Of a stretch of 64,000 nt of DNA, positions 36,508 through 49,630 are shown one piece after another. Position 1 is the first letter of the stretch, and every line of letters begins with the position of its first letter. The stretch comes from Hypanus sabinus. Its lineage: Eukaryota. Both the position numbers and the translations under genes were made by a program. The DNA is taken from positions 22,444,001-22,508,000 of the forward strand of contig NC_082731.1 of NCBI RefSeq assembly GCF_030144855.1. Direction: 5' to 3'. The notes under the pieces were generated by a model that was not told the DNA's origin, searched no databases, and saw nothing but the letters and a program-made list of their open reading frames with translations.

Positions 36508-39500
36508 AGGAGCTCCGGTGACATCATCGTCGAGAATGGCAGCATAAGTCACTAGCTCCTTCGGAAAAACGTGTATTAAGCGCCCTAAACCAGCAAATAG
36601 TGTATTTAAAAAAATCAACTGAAAAGAGGGGCAAGAATGGGGATAATAATGGGAATCAGTAAAAGAGACACTGCGGAGCCTTCGGCCGAGAGGCATTCTG
36701 CGAGCTGCTATCCTACCCGACCGCCTGCCAGCGAGGCTGACGCACGTTCTCGTTCAGGCGAAGAAGTGAATATGATCGAAATTCTGAAACAGATAAAGGA
36801 ATTCCAGAGAGATATAAAGCAGCAGCTACAGGATTTTAAGTCAGAGCTCGTCAACGTCAATCAATAATAGTGGTGGCAGAAACTCGAATTGAGAAGGTGG
36901 AAGATCGCGTTCTAAACGTGGAATTGATACTGAGTAGACAATAAAAATATTAAATCACCAAGAAGATAAATTGCTTGACCGAGAGGGAAGAACACGCCGG
37001 AATAATATCAGAATGTAGAACGTTCACGAAGGAGGGGAGTGCTCGTCTGCGACGGAGTTTGTCAGAAAGCTGCTGCAGGATGCGCTGGAGCTTCCCTCGA
37101 CTATGGAGCTGGAAATCGAGAGAACGCGTTAGTCCCGAAGTTTACCCAAGATAAGCCACGCTCAATAATAATTAAGTTCCTTCGGTACAGTTCCAAGGCG
37201 GAGCTTCGAAGAAGGGCCTGTTTTAAGAATAGGGTGTTTTTAGGCGATAACAAAATATTTAGACCAGAATTACCACAACCTCCCCCCCCCCCACCCCCAC
37301 ACCTCCACACTCCGCGGTCCTGCAGAAACGTAAAGAATACTCTGAAGAACAGCGAGTACTAAAGCAAAATAAAGGATTAGATTTCAAACTGCGTACACCG
37401 CTAAACTACAAGTGTTTTATGACGACGCGACGCGGTTGTACCAGACAGTGGAAGAGCCGGCTACAGATATGAAGGCCAGAGCTTTGCACGTCGGCCTGAT
37501 CAAAACGTGGGACAGCCTGGCAGAGGAATTATCCTGTTCCGCTTGGGAAATAGTGCGAGAACCGAGAAGGCAGGAGACGGGAGGGGGCTGAGAGACGTAT
37601 ATCTGGAAGCGACTGGGAGATTCCCAAAACCAGTCCTCACCCTCTTGGAAGAGTACACAAGAGAAATCTTTCCTGTGTAATGGATTTGTTCACTTACTTT
37701 TATAAATACTGCAATGGGCGTCCTCAACTCACCAGTAGGATGGTTTATCCCCTACAGCTAGGCATTTCAACACAGGGTCATCTACTAGAGACGTTACCCT
37801 TGGATCCATTTTTGTTATTATTTCCGTTTCTTGGTTTTTATTTGTTCATGGAGTAGATCGGTTAAGCTTTCAATGATACATTGACAGGTAAATGCAGATG
37901 GCTAAGTACAAGGTAAAATCCATTTATTTTACTGTCAATGGGCTATTAAATCCAATCAAACGTAATATAATTTTTACCAAAATGAAAAAAAAGTACAAGC
38001 CCATGTTGTCTATTTACAGGGAACTCACGCTGGTGATAACGAGCATAGAAAACTAAAGAGAATGGGCTTCACTAATTTGTTTTTCTCCTCATATAAATCA
38101 GGACCTAGGAGAGGAGTTGCTATTCTTTACTCAGGTAAGATAAAATTTGAAAAAATCTTCGAAATGGAGATAAGGAGGGCAGGTGTATTCTGGTAAGGGG
38201 GGGATATAGACGGAGGTTCATTTACTCTTTTGAATATATTTGCACGCCCGGGCAGTTCATTTGTTTCTTTCAGAAAATTACTGATATTATGGCAGCGGGA
38301 ACAGAAGGTCTGCTGACATGTGGGGGAGACTAAATTTTCCATTACAACCAAATGTACACTCTTCCAATATACAAACCTATGAAACAAAATCCTTACATAA
38401 GAAACGTAATATAGTTTTGAGGATATTGGTTTAATTGGTATATGGTGGGTCCTTTTTCCCGACAGAAGGGATTACACTCATTATTCTGTTCCACCTTCTG
38501 TATATACAAGAACAGACTATTTAATAACAGTTGGAAAAGAGGAAGACAGCAAAAAAAAAAAAAAAACACCGTGGAATTGGGACAATAGATGTATGTGATA
38601 TTGCACCTATATATATTATCGGTTGATTTTGACCTACAACGAAATAATACTAATTGGAAACTAAATTCAAGTCTACTCAATGATCCGTACTTTAAGGAAA
38701 AATTTGAAAATAAATTGGTCTCTACTTGGTATTTAATGATACTGGAGATGTTTCACCTCCCATTGTATGCGATATTCTGAAGGCTGTCTTAAGTGGGAAC
38801 ATTATAGCGATATGTTCATATATGAAAACAAAGGAATAAAGCATTGGATGAATTAGAAAATAGTCTGATGAAACTAGAGGGAAAAACAGAAATTGAATCT
38901 GGCACAGCACACATTAGGGGAAATTAAAAGAATTAGGAATGAAATTAATTGATCGGCTAAGCAAGAAATAAAGAAAAAATAATGTTTCTGAAACAGAGGC
39001 ATTATGAAAGCTGATCAAAAACTATGAAAATACTGGCTTGGAAACTGGAAAAAAAAGATAGCAGAAAATACAGTTCATAGAATTAGGGACCCAAGAAGAA
39101 ATTAAAAAAAAACTAAGTGAAATTGAAGAAGCTTTTGAAGTGATGTACAAAACTCTATATTCCAAAGTTCCAGTGGGAAACATAACCCAAATTGACACCT
39201 TCTTGATTTCTCTACAGTTACCCACTTTATGTGGAGAACAAAATAGAACGATGACGGCTGACAGAACTGGAGTTGAATTAAAAGCTGCAATTAGTGGGCT
39301 TAAATTAAGCAAGTCACCAATATCAGATGAGTATACGGCAGAGTGGTACAAAAAATTAAAAATGAGTTAATTCCTGTTTTACTTCCCACACTGAGCTGGG
39401 CTCTAAAAAGGCACAAATGCCACCCAGTTGGACGGAAAAGATAATATCAGCTATACCGAAAGAAGGCAAGGATAAAACGGAATGCGGCTCATTTAGACCA

Positions 39501-41865
39501 ATATCCGTTCATAATGTAGATTATAGACTATTTACCTCCATCATTGCCAAACGATTAGAGGAGTTTCTACACATACTGATACGTAACGATCAGAAAGGTT
39601 TTACACGTCAACGCCAGACACAAGACAATATACGAAGGACACTTCACATTATGGATCATATATAACAAAATTCAAATCGAACCAATCGTGATAATCGTGG
39701 ACGTTTAAAAGGCATTTGATTCGGTTAATTGGAATTTTCGTTACTAAGTTTTACATAAATTTGTTTTCCAAGACACAATTAATAAAAATATATAGACACT
39801 AAACGACAATCCTACTGCTAGGATTAAAATCAAAGGATATTTATCAAATAGTCTTACTCTAGAAAGGGCACGAACCAAGGATTGTGCATGGTTACCGCTA
39901 ATGTTCGCATTATTACCGCAACCATCAGGTCAATATAACTGAAAAATGATGATATCAGGGGAATTACTATTAAAATGACAGAGCATAATTTGGCTTGTAA
40001 CTCGGATGACATTTTGATCCATCTAATGCAACCAACATACTCTTCCACAAAATTGATGCAATCCTTTGAACAATATAATCAATTATCAGGATACAAGATC
40101 TAACATAGATAAATCCCAATTACTTTCATATGAGTATAGCCCACCAAGATAAATTGAAAGTAGATATCCCAGGGCATGATACAAAGAGTCATTGAAATAT
40201 TTGGGAATAATTATGACAAAACTTTCGGCAAAATTATCAGAATATAATTATTAGTCTTATATTAAAAATAAGTAAGTTATGGCAAGGTGGAACTTGATTC
40301 TTTTTTTTTCATTCTCAGTTCAAGGATTTAGTCAATTAAAGTGAATATACTGCCCAGACCGTTAATTCCCCTTCAGACCCTACCAACAGAGATTAATCAA
40401 AATCAATTCAATGAATGGAAGAAGGTGTTATCAAGGTATATCTGGCAGGGTAAAAGGCCTAGAGTTCATCTCAAAACTTTGCAATTAGCAAAGGAAAAGG
40501 GGGATAAGGCCTACCTTATCTTAGAAATTATTATTTTGCAACACCGTTGAGAGCTGTAATATGTTGGTACAACTCAACATACGACGCTCAATTGAGAAAC
40601 ATTGAGGAGCTGTTACTTCCCATCCACATGCGAACAATTTGGGCTGAACACACAAACTGCAAAGGTACATAAATACTATTGATAAGCCATGGGTGAAATT
40701 GACTCTTAAAATATGAAAACATACTAAAAAAAATACAGTCTACAGTGAGATTTTGCAATTTTTAAATGGTGTGCATATGATTCGGATTTTACACCAAATA
40801 AATTGGATGCTAGATTTAAGGACTGGACAGCTAACGGAATAACTGTTCTTTGCAACATAATGAAAGAAGGAACACTGTTCAGTTTTGAAATGCTTAAAGA
40901 GAAACACTTATCAGAATAACAATATTTTGATCTGTATTTACAGATGCGTAAATATGTTAATAAGACGCTTAAAATGTAACCAAGGAAAGTACATACTTGA
41001 TAGAGTTATTTAGAAAAACATATAATTCTGATAACGGTGTTATAATCATTTCAAGCATGCATAAGGGGTTATCATATCTTAAAAAAAATATTCTACTTTA
41101 TACATTAAAGCAAAATGGGACAAGGAAGGAGGGATAATAATATATGAGGAAGAATAGACAATAATATGGAGGTATCAATGGAAGTGTACCAGTTCACAGA
41201 AATGGAGGGAGTTTGGATGGAAACAGTTGATAAGGCATTTTATTACACCCTCTCAGAAATCCCATTATGGTAGTAACCTCCATTTTGCTGGAGAAATAGT
41301 GGAAATCAAAATACAAATTATTATCATTTTTTCTGCCAAAGCCCTGTTATCAAAAACAATGGAAGGGGGATACACAGTGCCCTACAAGACATCTTTAAAT
41401 GTGAAATACTCTTACAGAGTAAGACAATATATTTTGGATATTTTCCTCAAGATTGGTTGAAAAGAGATCAATATTTGTTGAATATGCTGTTGTAGGCTGG
41501 TAAAAAGACTCTTACCAGGAAATGTATAAACACAGTAGAGTTTGAAAAATTTGATGCTTACTGGGCAAAATAGTTTAACCACATAATGCCTCACAGGTAT
41601 GATTTTATTCTCATAAATCAATGACTATTCCCATAAATGAAAAAAGAAAAAAAAATCACTCTACCTATTTATAGTTTCTTTTTTCCGTTTGCTTGTTTTT
41701 TTTTTCTTTCCACAGTTTACTACTAGGGTATACCTCAGACAGCTACGTTGTGGAGATGTGTGAAAAAATTATATATATATATACAATGTCTGAAATAAAT
41801 CTTATGGATTTTAAAAATTAATTATGAACATCAATGATAAAAATAATTACAAAAAAAAAAAAACG
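36508..41865 (+). mobile_element. Full-length, inactivated L1-clade LINE (about 5.36 kb) with target-site duplication
   Basis: ORF1 remnants (RRNNIR.., KPRSIIIKFLRYSSKAE). ORF2 from ATG 37898 (APE: VNGLLNPIKR, YLQ.TH, RRGVAIL; RT: IPKEGKD..CGSFRPIS..DYRLFTSI). Poly-A at 41851-41863. TSD AAAGTTTCTGCGC (36495-36507) / AAAGCTTCTGCGC (41866-41878). Absent at the homologous site of cassette A. Confidence 0.93.
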
Positions 41866-41879
41866 AAAGCTTCTGCGCC

Positions 41880-43520
41880 AACCTCTCCACTCTCCGGTTG
41901 GCGGGTCACCATTTCACTGCCATGGAAATTTTGATATCCATATTCACATCTCCCGCCTGCTCTACATCCATCAAGCTGCTCTTTCTGCTTCCTCTCCCAG
42001 TATGCAAGCTGCGTTCTTTTCATTGATGTCCAGTGCAGACAGAAAGCTCTAACATGACCTTGTCGTGGAAAATCTACAGCTGAGGTCCATGCGGAATACA
42101 CATGTATGACAATCTTTGTACGTACGCCTTCCCCTCATGAATCCTCGCATCCTTCCACCCATAATAATGTGAACTCCAAAGGGATGACATTTTTGACTTT
42201 GCTTTTGTCATATTTTAGTTCTGGAGCACAAATTCTGGCTTGTACTATCTCACTGAAGTGCAGCTTCCTCTCCACAACAACCCAGCAGTTTGGATTTTGG
42301 CCTTTTGGATATCACTGGCATTTTCTCTCCTTGGTGATATGACTGCGTTGTTTCCCCTTTCCACCATCTGGTCTCCTTATACACCTCTGTCGTTCCTATG
42401 TGTCAGAGTGGGATAGCGGTAATTTAACTCGGTCCTACCTAACAATACCGTATTGGCAATGCGGTATTGCATATTTAGGTATCTTGCGTCCGTGTATCCC
42501 GCAGACTATAAAGATGGTAGTTAAGGTTCTTTATCATAGCCTTTTGTTCAATTGAATTCTGCAAGGAAACTGTTAGAAACTGGCAGCATGCCTGAAACGA
42601 AAGGCGAAGGGCTCCAGTCTCCAATCTCAGTCCAAGTCATCTTACGCTTGATAAGACCCTATTTCATACAGATGTCCAGTGTGCCCCACACCAATGTCCT
42701 TGATAAACGGTTTTCGTCATCGCCTTTCCATACCTCTGCCTGATGAATGTCAGACATACCTCGTGTACTTGCACTTCTCTATAGAAGAGCTTATTGTGTA
42801 GCAGGGGTTTTGTCGTCTCAAGAATGTTTTGCCAATGATGTATCCCAATTGCTGAGCGATCCTTCCCTTGCCTGTGACCAAGTTGATGATCCACTTTCGG
42901 CCCCTTTGCATTAATGTCTTGTCATCGGAGTCACATACTTTTAACACAACTCTACACATTACTACATGGAACTCCTCCACTGTCGGTGTCAACGGGAGCT
43001 GCAGGGGACATGCTCATATGTAAAGACCCCTGAAGTAAAAGTTGGGAGAATCTTCAGTCTCCTCCTCAAGTGCTTGCTGGCTAAGCTCTCGATACACTCA
43101 ACAGTGGCCTCGGGGAACTCGTGCATCTTCAAAAACCAGAACAGCCATGGAGTAGGTCACGTAGATTAGTCACGTCTTAAATTTACCTGTCAGTCCAGTT
43201 CTGTCGATTTCTGGAGAGACTTTTCGTTCTGCTTTAGTGTGTTGGTGATCTTAACGCTGTCCTGCATTGCTACATTAAACCTCTTTCGAAGACATTTCAC
43301 TGGGTTTTCATCAGTCGACGAATCGTACTCTCCTCGTTCTTGAAGACATAACTCGCTTGTAGCCTAGCCTTCTTTTTTCACTATGTATCTGGATTTCGTG
43401 TCTAACCAGGTAGCTACCTGGTCATCCCAGCATAGATAACTACGTTGTTCAGGGTTCACAATATCTATTTTACGTGGACAAGGTTGCCGTGGTTGTTGTG
43501 ATTTCATCTGCGAACCCCAG
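41880..43520 (-). mobile_element. Decayed HERO-like RLE retrotransposon, copy B counterpart
   Basis: KSRYIVKKEG, ENPVKCLRKRF..DRTGLTGKFK, EFPEATVECIESLASKHLRRRL, LQLPLTPTVEEF..GRKW, and RLE-like WVVVERKLHFSEIV...VIPLEFTLLW (compare DLERQLKFP..RPDIV..VVLLELTVPW). Confidence 0.78.
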
Positions 43521-44659
43521 GATACGTTGGCCTCCAGGAGAACGCCACAGGTTACAGGTGTTGCTGCTAATATGAGAACATACAAACGCATGATATTTTT
43601 AAAAGCTTTAGAATTTGAAATTCCTGGTTCTCCCTTTGTTTTCCTGGAAAGTCATTGTTTAAACGTGAACTTTTTAAACGCTTTAAACTTTTAAATTCTC
43701 GTTCTTCCTGTATTTACATAGAAAGTTATTGTTTCCACATTGTCTGCCAGCAAATATTCTTCTGAAGGCATGTCGACTGTTCCGTACAAACTTACAAAAA
43801 CTTCCATAAATTCCTACGTCCAACAGGGCGGAGCATTCAAATTCGTGAATGTAACGTTTTCCTATTGAGATTTGTAAGCAGTCAATAACTACTGTGCATT
43901 CTGGCGTTGAAGACCACGAAGGTTCGTATTCCTGACAGATTTCAGCTAACAAGCTGGGGGAACTCAACAGGTTGGGCAGCATCCGTGGAAATGACCAGTC
44001 AACGTTTCGGATCGAGATCGTTCACCAGCTTGTTTGTACGCATTGATTTGACCAAAGCTTCTGCAGTGTACTTTGTGTTTTCACCTAACAATCTGTCCGG
44101 ACTCCCGTTACCTCAGTTCCGTCCCCTTGTGTACACAGGGCGGCAGCACCTATATGGCGTCCACTTTGTTCCAGAAGAGATAAGGCCACTTAGTGCTGTC
44201 CCCTGAGTTCTCTATTCCGGCGATAATGACATTCACTCGGCCGTTTGGAATGGCAACAATTGCTTAAATCCTATAACTGTCCTTCAATATATCATGATAA
44301 AGCTAAAGTGAAAGGGGTAAAAGGCTAGTGAGGGAGGTGTCCAGGCAGATTTTTGGAATGAGGAGCGAGAAAATTGATAATCCTATTCATGATCGTAATA
44401 ATATTCCCGTCCCCGATATATCTGCCTATCCTTTTTGTATGGAAGCAATTGTATTTAGTGTGTCATCTTTGGATTCTGAACGATACCAGTGACTCCAGGG
44501 AACTCCTGCACATTCAACCGTGTGAACGGACAGGGTTTCTTCACAACACAGCGCAACAAATGAACGACGAGCTCCGAAATGATCCAAGCTATTGCAGAGC
44601 CACGCTAACCACAAGCCTACGTAGCATCCAAGTCGATAGACTGAGAGAAAAATAGTACT

Positions 44660-46375
44660 AGACACCCGAGGTTACTACCCTAGACATCCTGCTTTTTAAC
44701 CGCTTTCCTAACTCCTTGTATTCCATCTTCCGAACGTCAAATCTACTTCGATCTATAACTTTGGTCCCCACTTGGAACACGGCATCGGGCTGCTCACACT
44801 CTTTCCCGAGAACACAGAGAAGTCGATCCGCGATATCGCGGAATCTGGCACCAGGGAAATAACAGATCATCCGGGATTCTTGATCTCACTCACAGAACCT
44901 CTAATTTATCACCCTGACTGTCGAATCCACTATCGCTACTGCTCTCCTCTTATTTAGTCTTTCATTTCTGAGCTGAGGGTCCATTTTCGATGCCAGAGAC
45001 GCGACCACCTAAACTTGTCCGTGCTGCTTCGTCCTCACCAATAGTATCCAAAACAGTATTATTATTGTTGATGGGAACGGCCACAGCTGTACTCTGTTCT
45101 TTCTGTCTATTCCCCTTCCCTCTACTGACATTCACACACTTACCAGTCTCCTGACTTTTTTGGGAATGAGTGTCTCCCTGACACTCCGATCTATTACAGC
45201 CTCTGCGTCCCGAATGATCCGAAGTTCTTCCTGTCATAATGGGGGGCATTGGGAGTGGACCCAAATCCAAGACACAGACACTGACGTATCAGGAACAGTA
45301 CTAGGCGTGAGAAGGAGGCAAGGAAATTGTGAAAGAATGTACACAGGACATGATACCGGCCCCGGACAAGAAAAGGACCAGAACCTGGGCTGGAAACTGA
45401 TTAGGATAGGGAAACATGGCATGGAACTGGGAACTGGATGCCTGGGCCTGGACCCCGAGCCAAAGAATGGGCAATGACCCAGAATCTAGGTCATAACTCT
45501 GGCTGAAATTTTAGAACCAGTCGTGGAAATGACGAGGTTACAGAACGAGTACGAGAGACTCCTGGGCGGGAAAAGGGTACTTCAGCACAGGGCACAGCTG
45601 TGCTGTGCTGGGCGAGGCACAAGGACATGACGAGATCCCAGAGCCTTGTTCGAGAGAGAGATAACAGGACTGGATGTTGGACGACTGGATTGGGAACTCC
45701 AGAACAGGACGAGGGAATCCCAGCATCTAGATTAGCAAGGTAATCCTATGCTGAGCGAGCCACGTGGATATGCAGAGGACACAGCAACTACGGAAAGACA
45801 GGGAGATGGAACACCGAGCCGGGACCCCTCCTTGCTTACTGGACGTAGAGTGGACGTATTACACAGAACACCAAACACGACGAGACAGTTCCCAAAGCTA
45901 GGTAGCGGCAAAACGGCCGGATCTACCTAGCGAAGGCGTAGACATGGACAGACAGTTCCAAATCGGGCGAGGCTCCAGATACAGGCGAGGCGAGGCAACG
46001 CTCCAGGCAGACGCAAGGCGGGGCGAGGCAAGTCTCCACCCAGAGGCAAATCGAGGCGAGGTAGGTTCCAGGGAGGGACAAGGCGAGGCTCCAGCCAAAA
46101 ATGAGAAGGGAAGGGTACAGACAGTGGGTTTGCACAGGAACAATCCAGCAGACCAAGGCTGAATCCTGAAGCTAATTATGAAGCCGGACCAAACAGGAAT
46201 CCGCTTTATCAACAGAAGCTGGGGATACCTGGAAAACCTGGAATAAGGAGCTCGGACTGGACCGCGAACCGGAATGCGGATTAAACGGACCGGACCATGA
46301 CATATCCAGTCCCAACTCCAGTTCCCTAACTCAATTTAACAGCAGTTGAAGCTGGATGCACCTTTTATAGGTGTA
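44660..46375 (-). mobile_element. CR1 ORF1 (esterase-type) fragment interrupted by a solo LTR
   Basis: ICYFPGARFRDIADR..QPDAVFQVGT..YKELGKRLKSRMSRVVTSG, AVAVPINNNNTVLDT, and CIQLQLL..VRELELGLD on the far side of the insertion. Confidence 0.85.
45232..46302. mobile_element. Solo LTR (about 1.07 kb) with internal AGGCGAGGC minisatellite
   Basis: Termini TGTCAT...ATGACA, no coding capacity, inserted into CR1 ORF1. Flanks CTTCC / TATCC are compatible with a decayed 5-bp TSD. Confidence 0.75.
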
Positions 46376-48418
46376 GACATCAGAGACAATTGTGCTGTCC
46401 CTGAATTAGTACATCCTACTATTGAAGCACTTAATTAATGAAACTTTCTGGCCTTACCTCAATGGGAGCAAGCTCATTCTCCGCTTATTCTCGCAGAAGC
46501 TTCTCGAGCCAGAGCCTCAAAACTCCAGTCTTTCATTGGACGACTCAATGACTGGTCGCTCTCCTGTCTGGGCAGGAGACGCGGTGCTTAAGATATACTG
46601 ATGGATTACATGGCAATAATTTAGGGGCCCCTCTGTTGGATATATCTCCACGCCATCGAAATCAAACTATCGTGGCGGCGACGCTCAGGATGCTACCCTG
46701 GGCAGTTTTATTTTTGTTTGTTTCATTTAAGAAGGTAACACAGAAACGAATAGAATATGTATTTCGAGTTTTGGAGGAATACCGAGTCAGTTCATGTCCT
46801 CCTGTAACGAAACTCTCAGTGAGAGAACATCTATAGCGAGAACTTAATACGTGGAAATACTGCAGCAGTAGCAGTCTCAAAGGGATGGAGACAGAGATGA
46901 GACTAACGATGGATGTGATAATACAATCAGCACACGCACAAACACAATGTGTACAGAAGGCGAGAGCGGATGAGAAATGGTAAATAATGGAAAAGCGGAA
47001 ACTACAGACAGATACGTAACAGAGAAAAAAAAACGGCGAGACAAACGAAGAAAACGACAGGTTGATTGAGTGGCCAGAAAGAGAAGCAGGGAGAGTGAAG
47101 GAGAAGAGAGCGAAGAGGGAGACATGGAGGAATAGAGGACCTGCAATAAATACAAAAAAGAAAATAACAACACGACACATATAGCAAGAAACAAGAAAGA
47201 GAATATAGAAAATTGGAAGATACTGCTGGCAAGAGGAAGGCAGAGACCTAGAGTTTAAATTTAACGAAAGTGTTAGAGAAAGAAAGAGAGTAGAAATAAA
47301 CAGTAAGATCTACAAGGATATTGACGAAGGTAGAAATTGAGAGGTTGAAAGAGAGTTTGATCAAGATGGAGAGAAAGTGATGGAGTAAAAGCTGATTTAT
47401 ACTTGTGCGTCGCATCGACGCAGTAGGGATCGCGAATCTACGCTGTACACTACGCTGTAGGGTGACGGGATTCTCTCCAGAAATTTTACTCAAGCTACGC
47501 CGCGACGCCGACCGCAGCAACTGCGATTGGTATGCTTGGTGGCATCGCATTTCCTACAACGCTTTTCCCGCTGCTACTTCTCCGCCATGTTCGTAGGCTG
47601 TGCGGGCACCGATGCGAAATAGATGAACCAAATTGTCAAATCTACCTGCCGAAATGCCAAAATGTTTGAAATGCATTTCCTTGCCCATGTCGGTCACGAG
47701 GAAACTCAACACATTGGAAAATAAACCCCACTGCCAACTAGCATTTTAGCGTACACCAGCCTATGCTCGCTCCGACGACAAGCGACGCAGAAGTGAAAAT
47801 CAGGGTTATGGTTTAAGCTCCGGCGTAGCCAGTTCGCACAAGTATAACTATTTACCAAAAGGCATCCATTCATTGTGCTCCTTAGAGTTTAATTTGGTTG
47901 TGCTGCCGGCTGAGGCACTGCAAAATGGGCAATCTTTGTTGCGTGAAGCTCATGCACTCCTGGGTTGGCGATGATTCTGGTGCCGTTTATCAGCGAGGAG
48001 CAAGAAGGGCATCCGCCGCAATACGTTGAGTCAGTCACGTTTCGGCTAAATCAATCCTTGAAAGAGGATAGACAAAGCATTGAAATATACATACCTGAAA
48101 GGACATGCTGCATTTCTTTCAGCATCCTGAGATATGTCTGACATATCGGCTGCAATATGTCCAATATTCTCTAGAATGTCTGCGCAGATTTTACGCTGAG
48201 CTGTAGAAATTCTGAGGATTACATGGAAAAAAATAGGGGCCCCTCGTTCGTATTGCGCCTTATAACTCCACACCATCGAATTCAACCTATTGTGGTGGGT
48301 ACAGTCAAAAAGTTACCTTGGGTGTTGCTAAGCTCTCTTGGGCACGGAATTGCAGCAGATAGGGAAGGCAGGAATGACAGGATGTTAGGACAGACAGAAC
48401 GACATACCTTTCTGCACT

Positions 48419-48420
<2 letters not shown>

Positions 48421-48483
<63 letters not shown>
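48421..48483 (+). repeat. (CA)n microsatellite upstream of V2
   Basis: About 31 perfect AC units. A short imperfect homologue is at about 11100-11130 in cassette A. Confidence 0.98.
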
Positions 48484-48487
<4 letters not shown>

Positions 48488-48662
48488 CAAACAGACAGGC
48501 ACGTGCGAGCGCGAACTCTAATTGCAGTAATCATACAAACACAGACACCGATGCACACAGAATGCAGCAACGGCAAGTGTGGAAGGATTGAAACTAAGAA
48601 GTAGAGATAATTACATAATATTATACGGAAAATAGCTCCATGATACAGAACTGCTGTTCTTC

Positions 48663-48672
48663 AGTGACGTGA
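48663..48672 (+). promoter_or_regulatory. CRE/decamer-like motif AGTGACGTGA upstream of V2
   Basis: One mismatch from the TCR V decamer AGTGA(C/T)(G/A)TCA, about 470 nt upstream of the ATG, and conserved with the V1 flank. Confidence 0.35.
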
Positions 48673-49135
48673 TCAATTTATTTTAGCATTTTTTAGTCAA
48701 TTTGGAAAATCCCGAGATATGTGCTATGTAGCACATATTGTCAGAAAACGACCTCCGTCTGAAATGTGCCCTTGCAGGTAACGGTGCTTTGTTGAAAGTT
48801 GATAGGAAGTTCTCTTTTAGTATTTCCAACGTTTATCTCATGGGCATATCGAGAGACTATACCACGGAGGAAAATAAAAAAAAAGAGTTTTCGAAAGCAG
48901 GAGGCTTATGACTTCACAGGGAAGTTTCAGTCAGGCAACGTGGTGTGATGCTTAACTTACATGGACTCGTCACATCTGTTGCAGTAGGCGGAGCATGTAT
49001 CAACAGGCCGCGTTCTCACTGGGTGTTTTGCACTTCATGCCCATTATATCACTTAAACAGTAGAATCGGAACGTCCTGAATCCTGGCGACAAATTATTGA
49101 GCAGAAAATAATTCAACTGATTCTTTATAAAAATA

Positions 49136-49591
49136 ATGTGGAGGTTCGTCATCTGGATTGTGTGTGGAGCCTGGTTAATTGGTTTGTACGCAGTGAACAA
49201 CACAAAAGTCTTATTGAAAATTAATTCTGAAAAGAAAGAATATAACATTTAATACTTTGAAATTTGTTTTTGTTTTTGTTTTAGATACGAGTCGTGGACA
49301 CTCTGTCACTCAAACAATGCAACCTGAAGTGAAGACCGAAAAAATGACTGTGACTTTCAGCTGCACATATGATACCACATGGGAAAACTATTATTTATAT
49401 TTGTACCGACAAAAGACAGGACAAAGCCTTGATTTCGTACTGTACAGAAGTTCCAGGGGATCTGAGGATAAAGCTGACTTTGCCAAAAGAGGTTTCCAAT
49501 ACTCTCTGGAAAAGGGAAGAAAAATATTTACTGTCACAATCTCAGGGTTACAAAAGAGCGACTCTGCATTTTACTACTGTGCACTAAGTCG
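49136..49591 (+). CDS. TRAV/TRDV: T-cell receptor alpha/delta variable gene segment V2, open frame but W41L (ORF or decaying); leader exon 49136-49181, intron 49182-49284, V exon 49285-49591
   Basis: Leader MWRFVIWIVCGAWLI, a 103-nt GT..AG intron, then DTSRG/HSVTQTMQPEVKTEKMTVTFSCTYDTTWENYYLYLYRQKTGQSLDFVLYRSSRGSEDKADFAKRGFQYSLEKGRKIFTVTISGLQKSDSAFYYCALSR. About 55% aa identical to V1 by hand count. The FR2 Trp codon reads TTG. Confidence 0.9.
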
Positions 49592-49630
49592 CACAGTGAT
49601 GAATTATATTTCAATGCTCGTACAAAAATT
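49592..49630 (+). promoter_or_regulatory. 23-RSS of V2
   Basis: CACAGTG (49592-49598), 23 nt, then ACAAAAATT (49622-49630). The spacer aligns with that of V1 apart from one extra A. Confidence 0.93.

Noticed and set aside
42664-42894. HRQGKDRS..HEVC motif first read as a Gypsy integrase zinc finger
   Set aside because: Neighbouring frames match the HERO RT/RLE motifs much better; the similarity is off-frame.
46662-47232. Hydrophobic 172/105/76-aa antisense ORFs resembling membrane proteins (also 10136-10561)
   Set aside because: They are translations of a purine-rich low-complexity tract.
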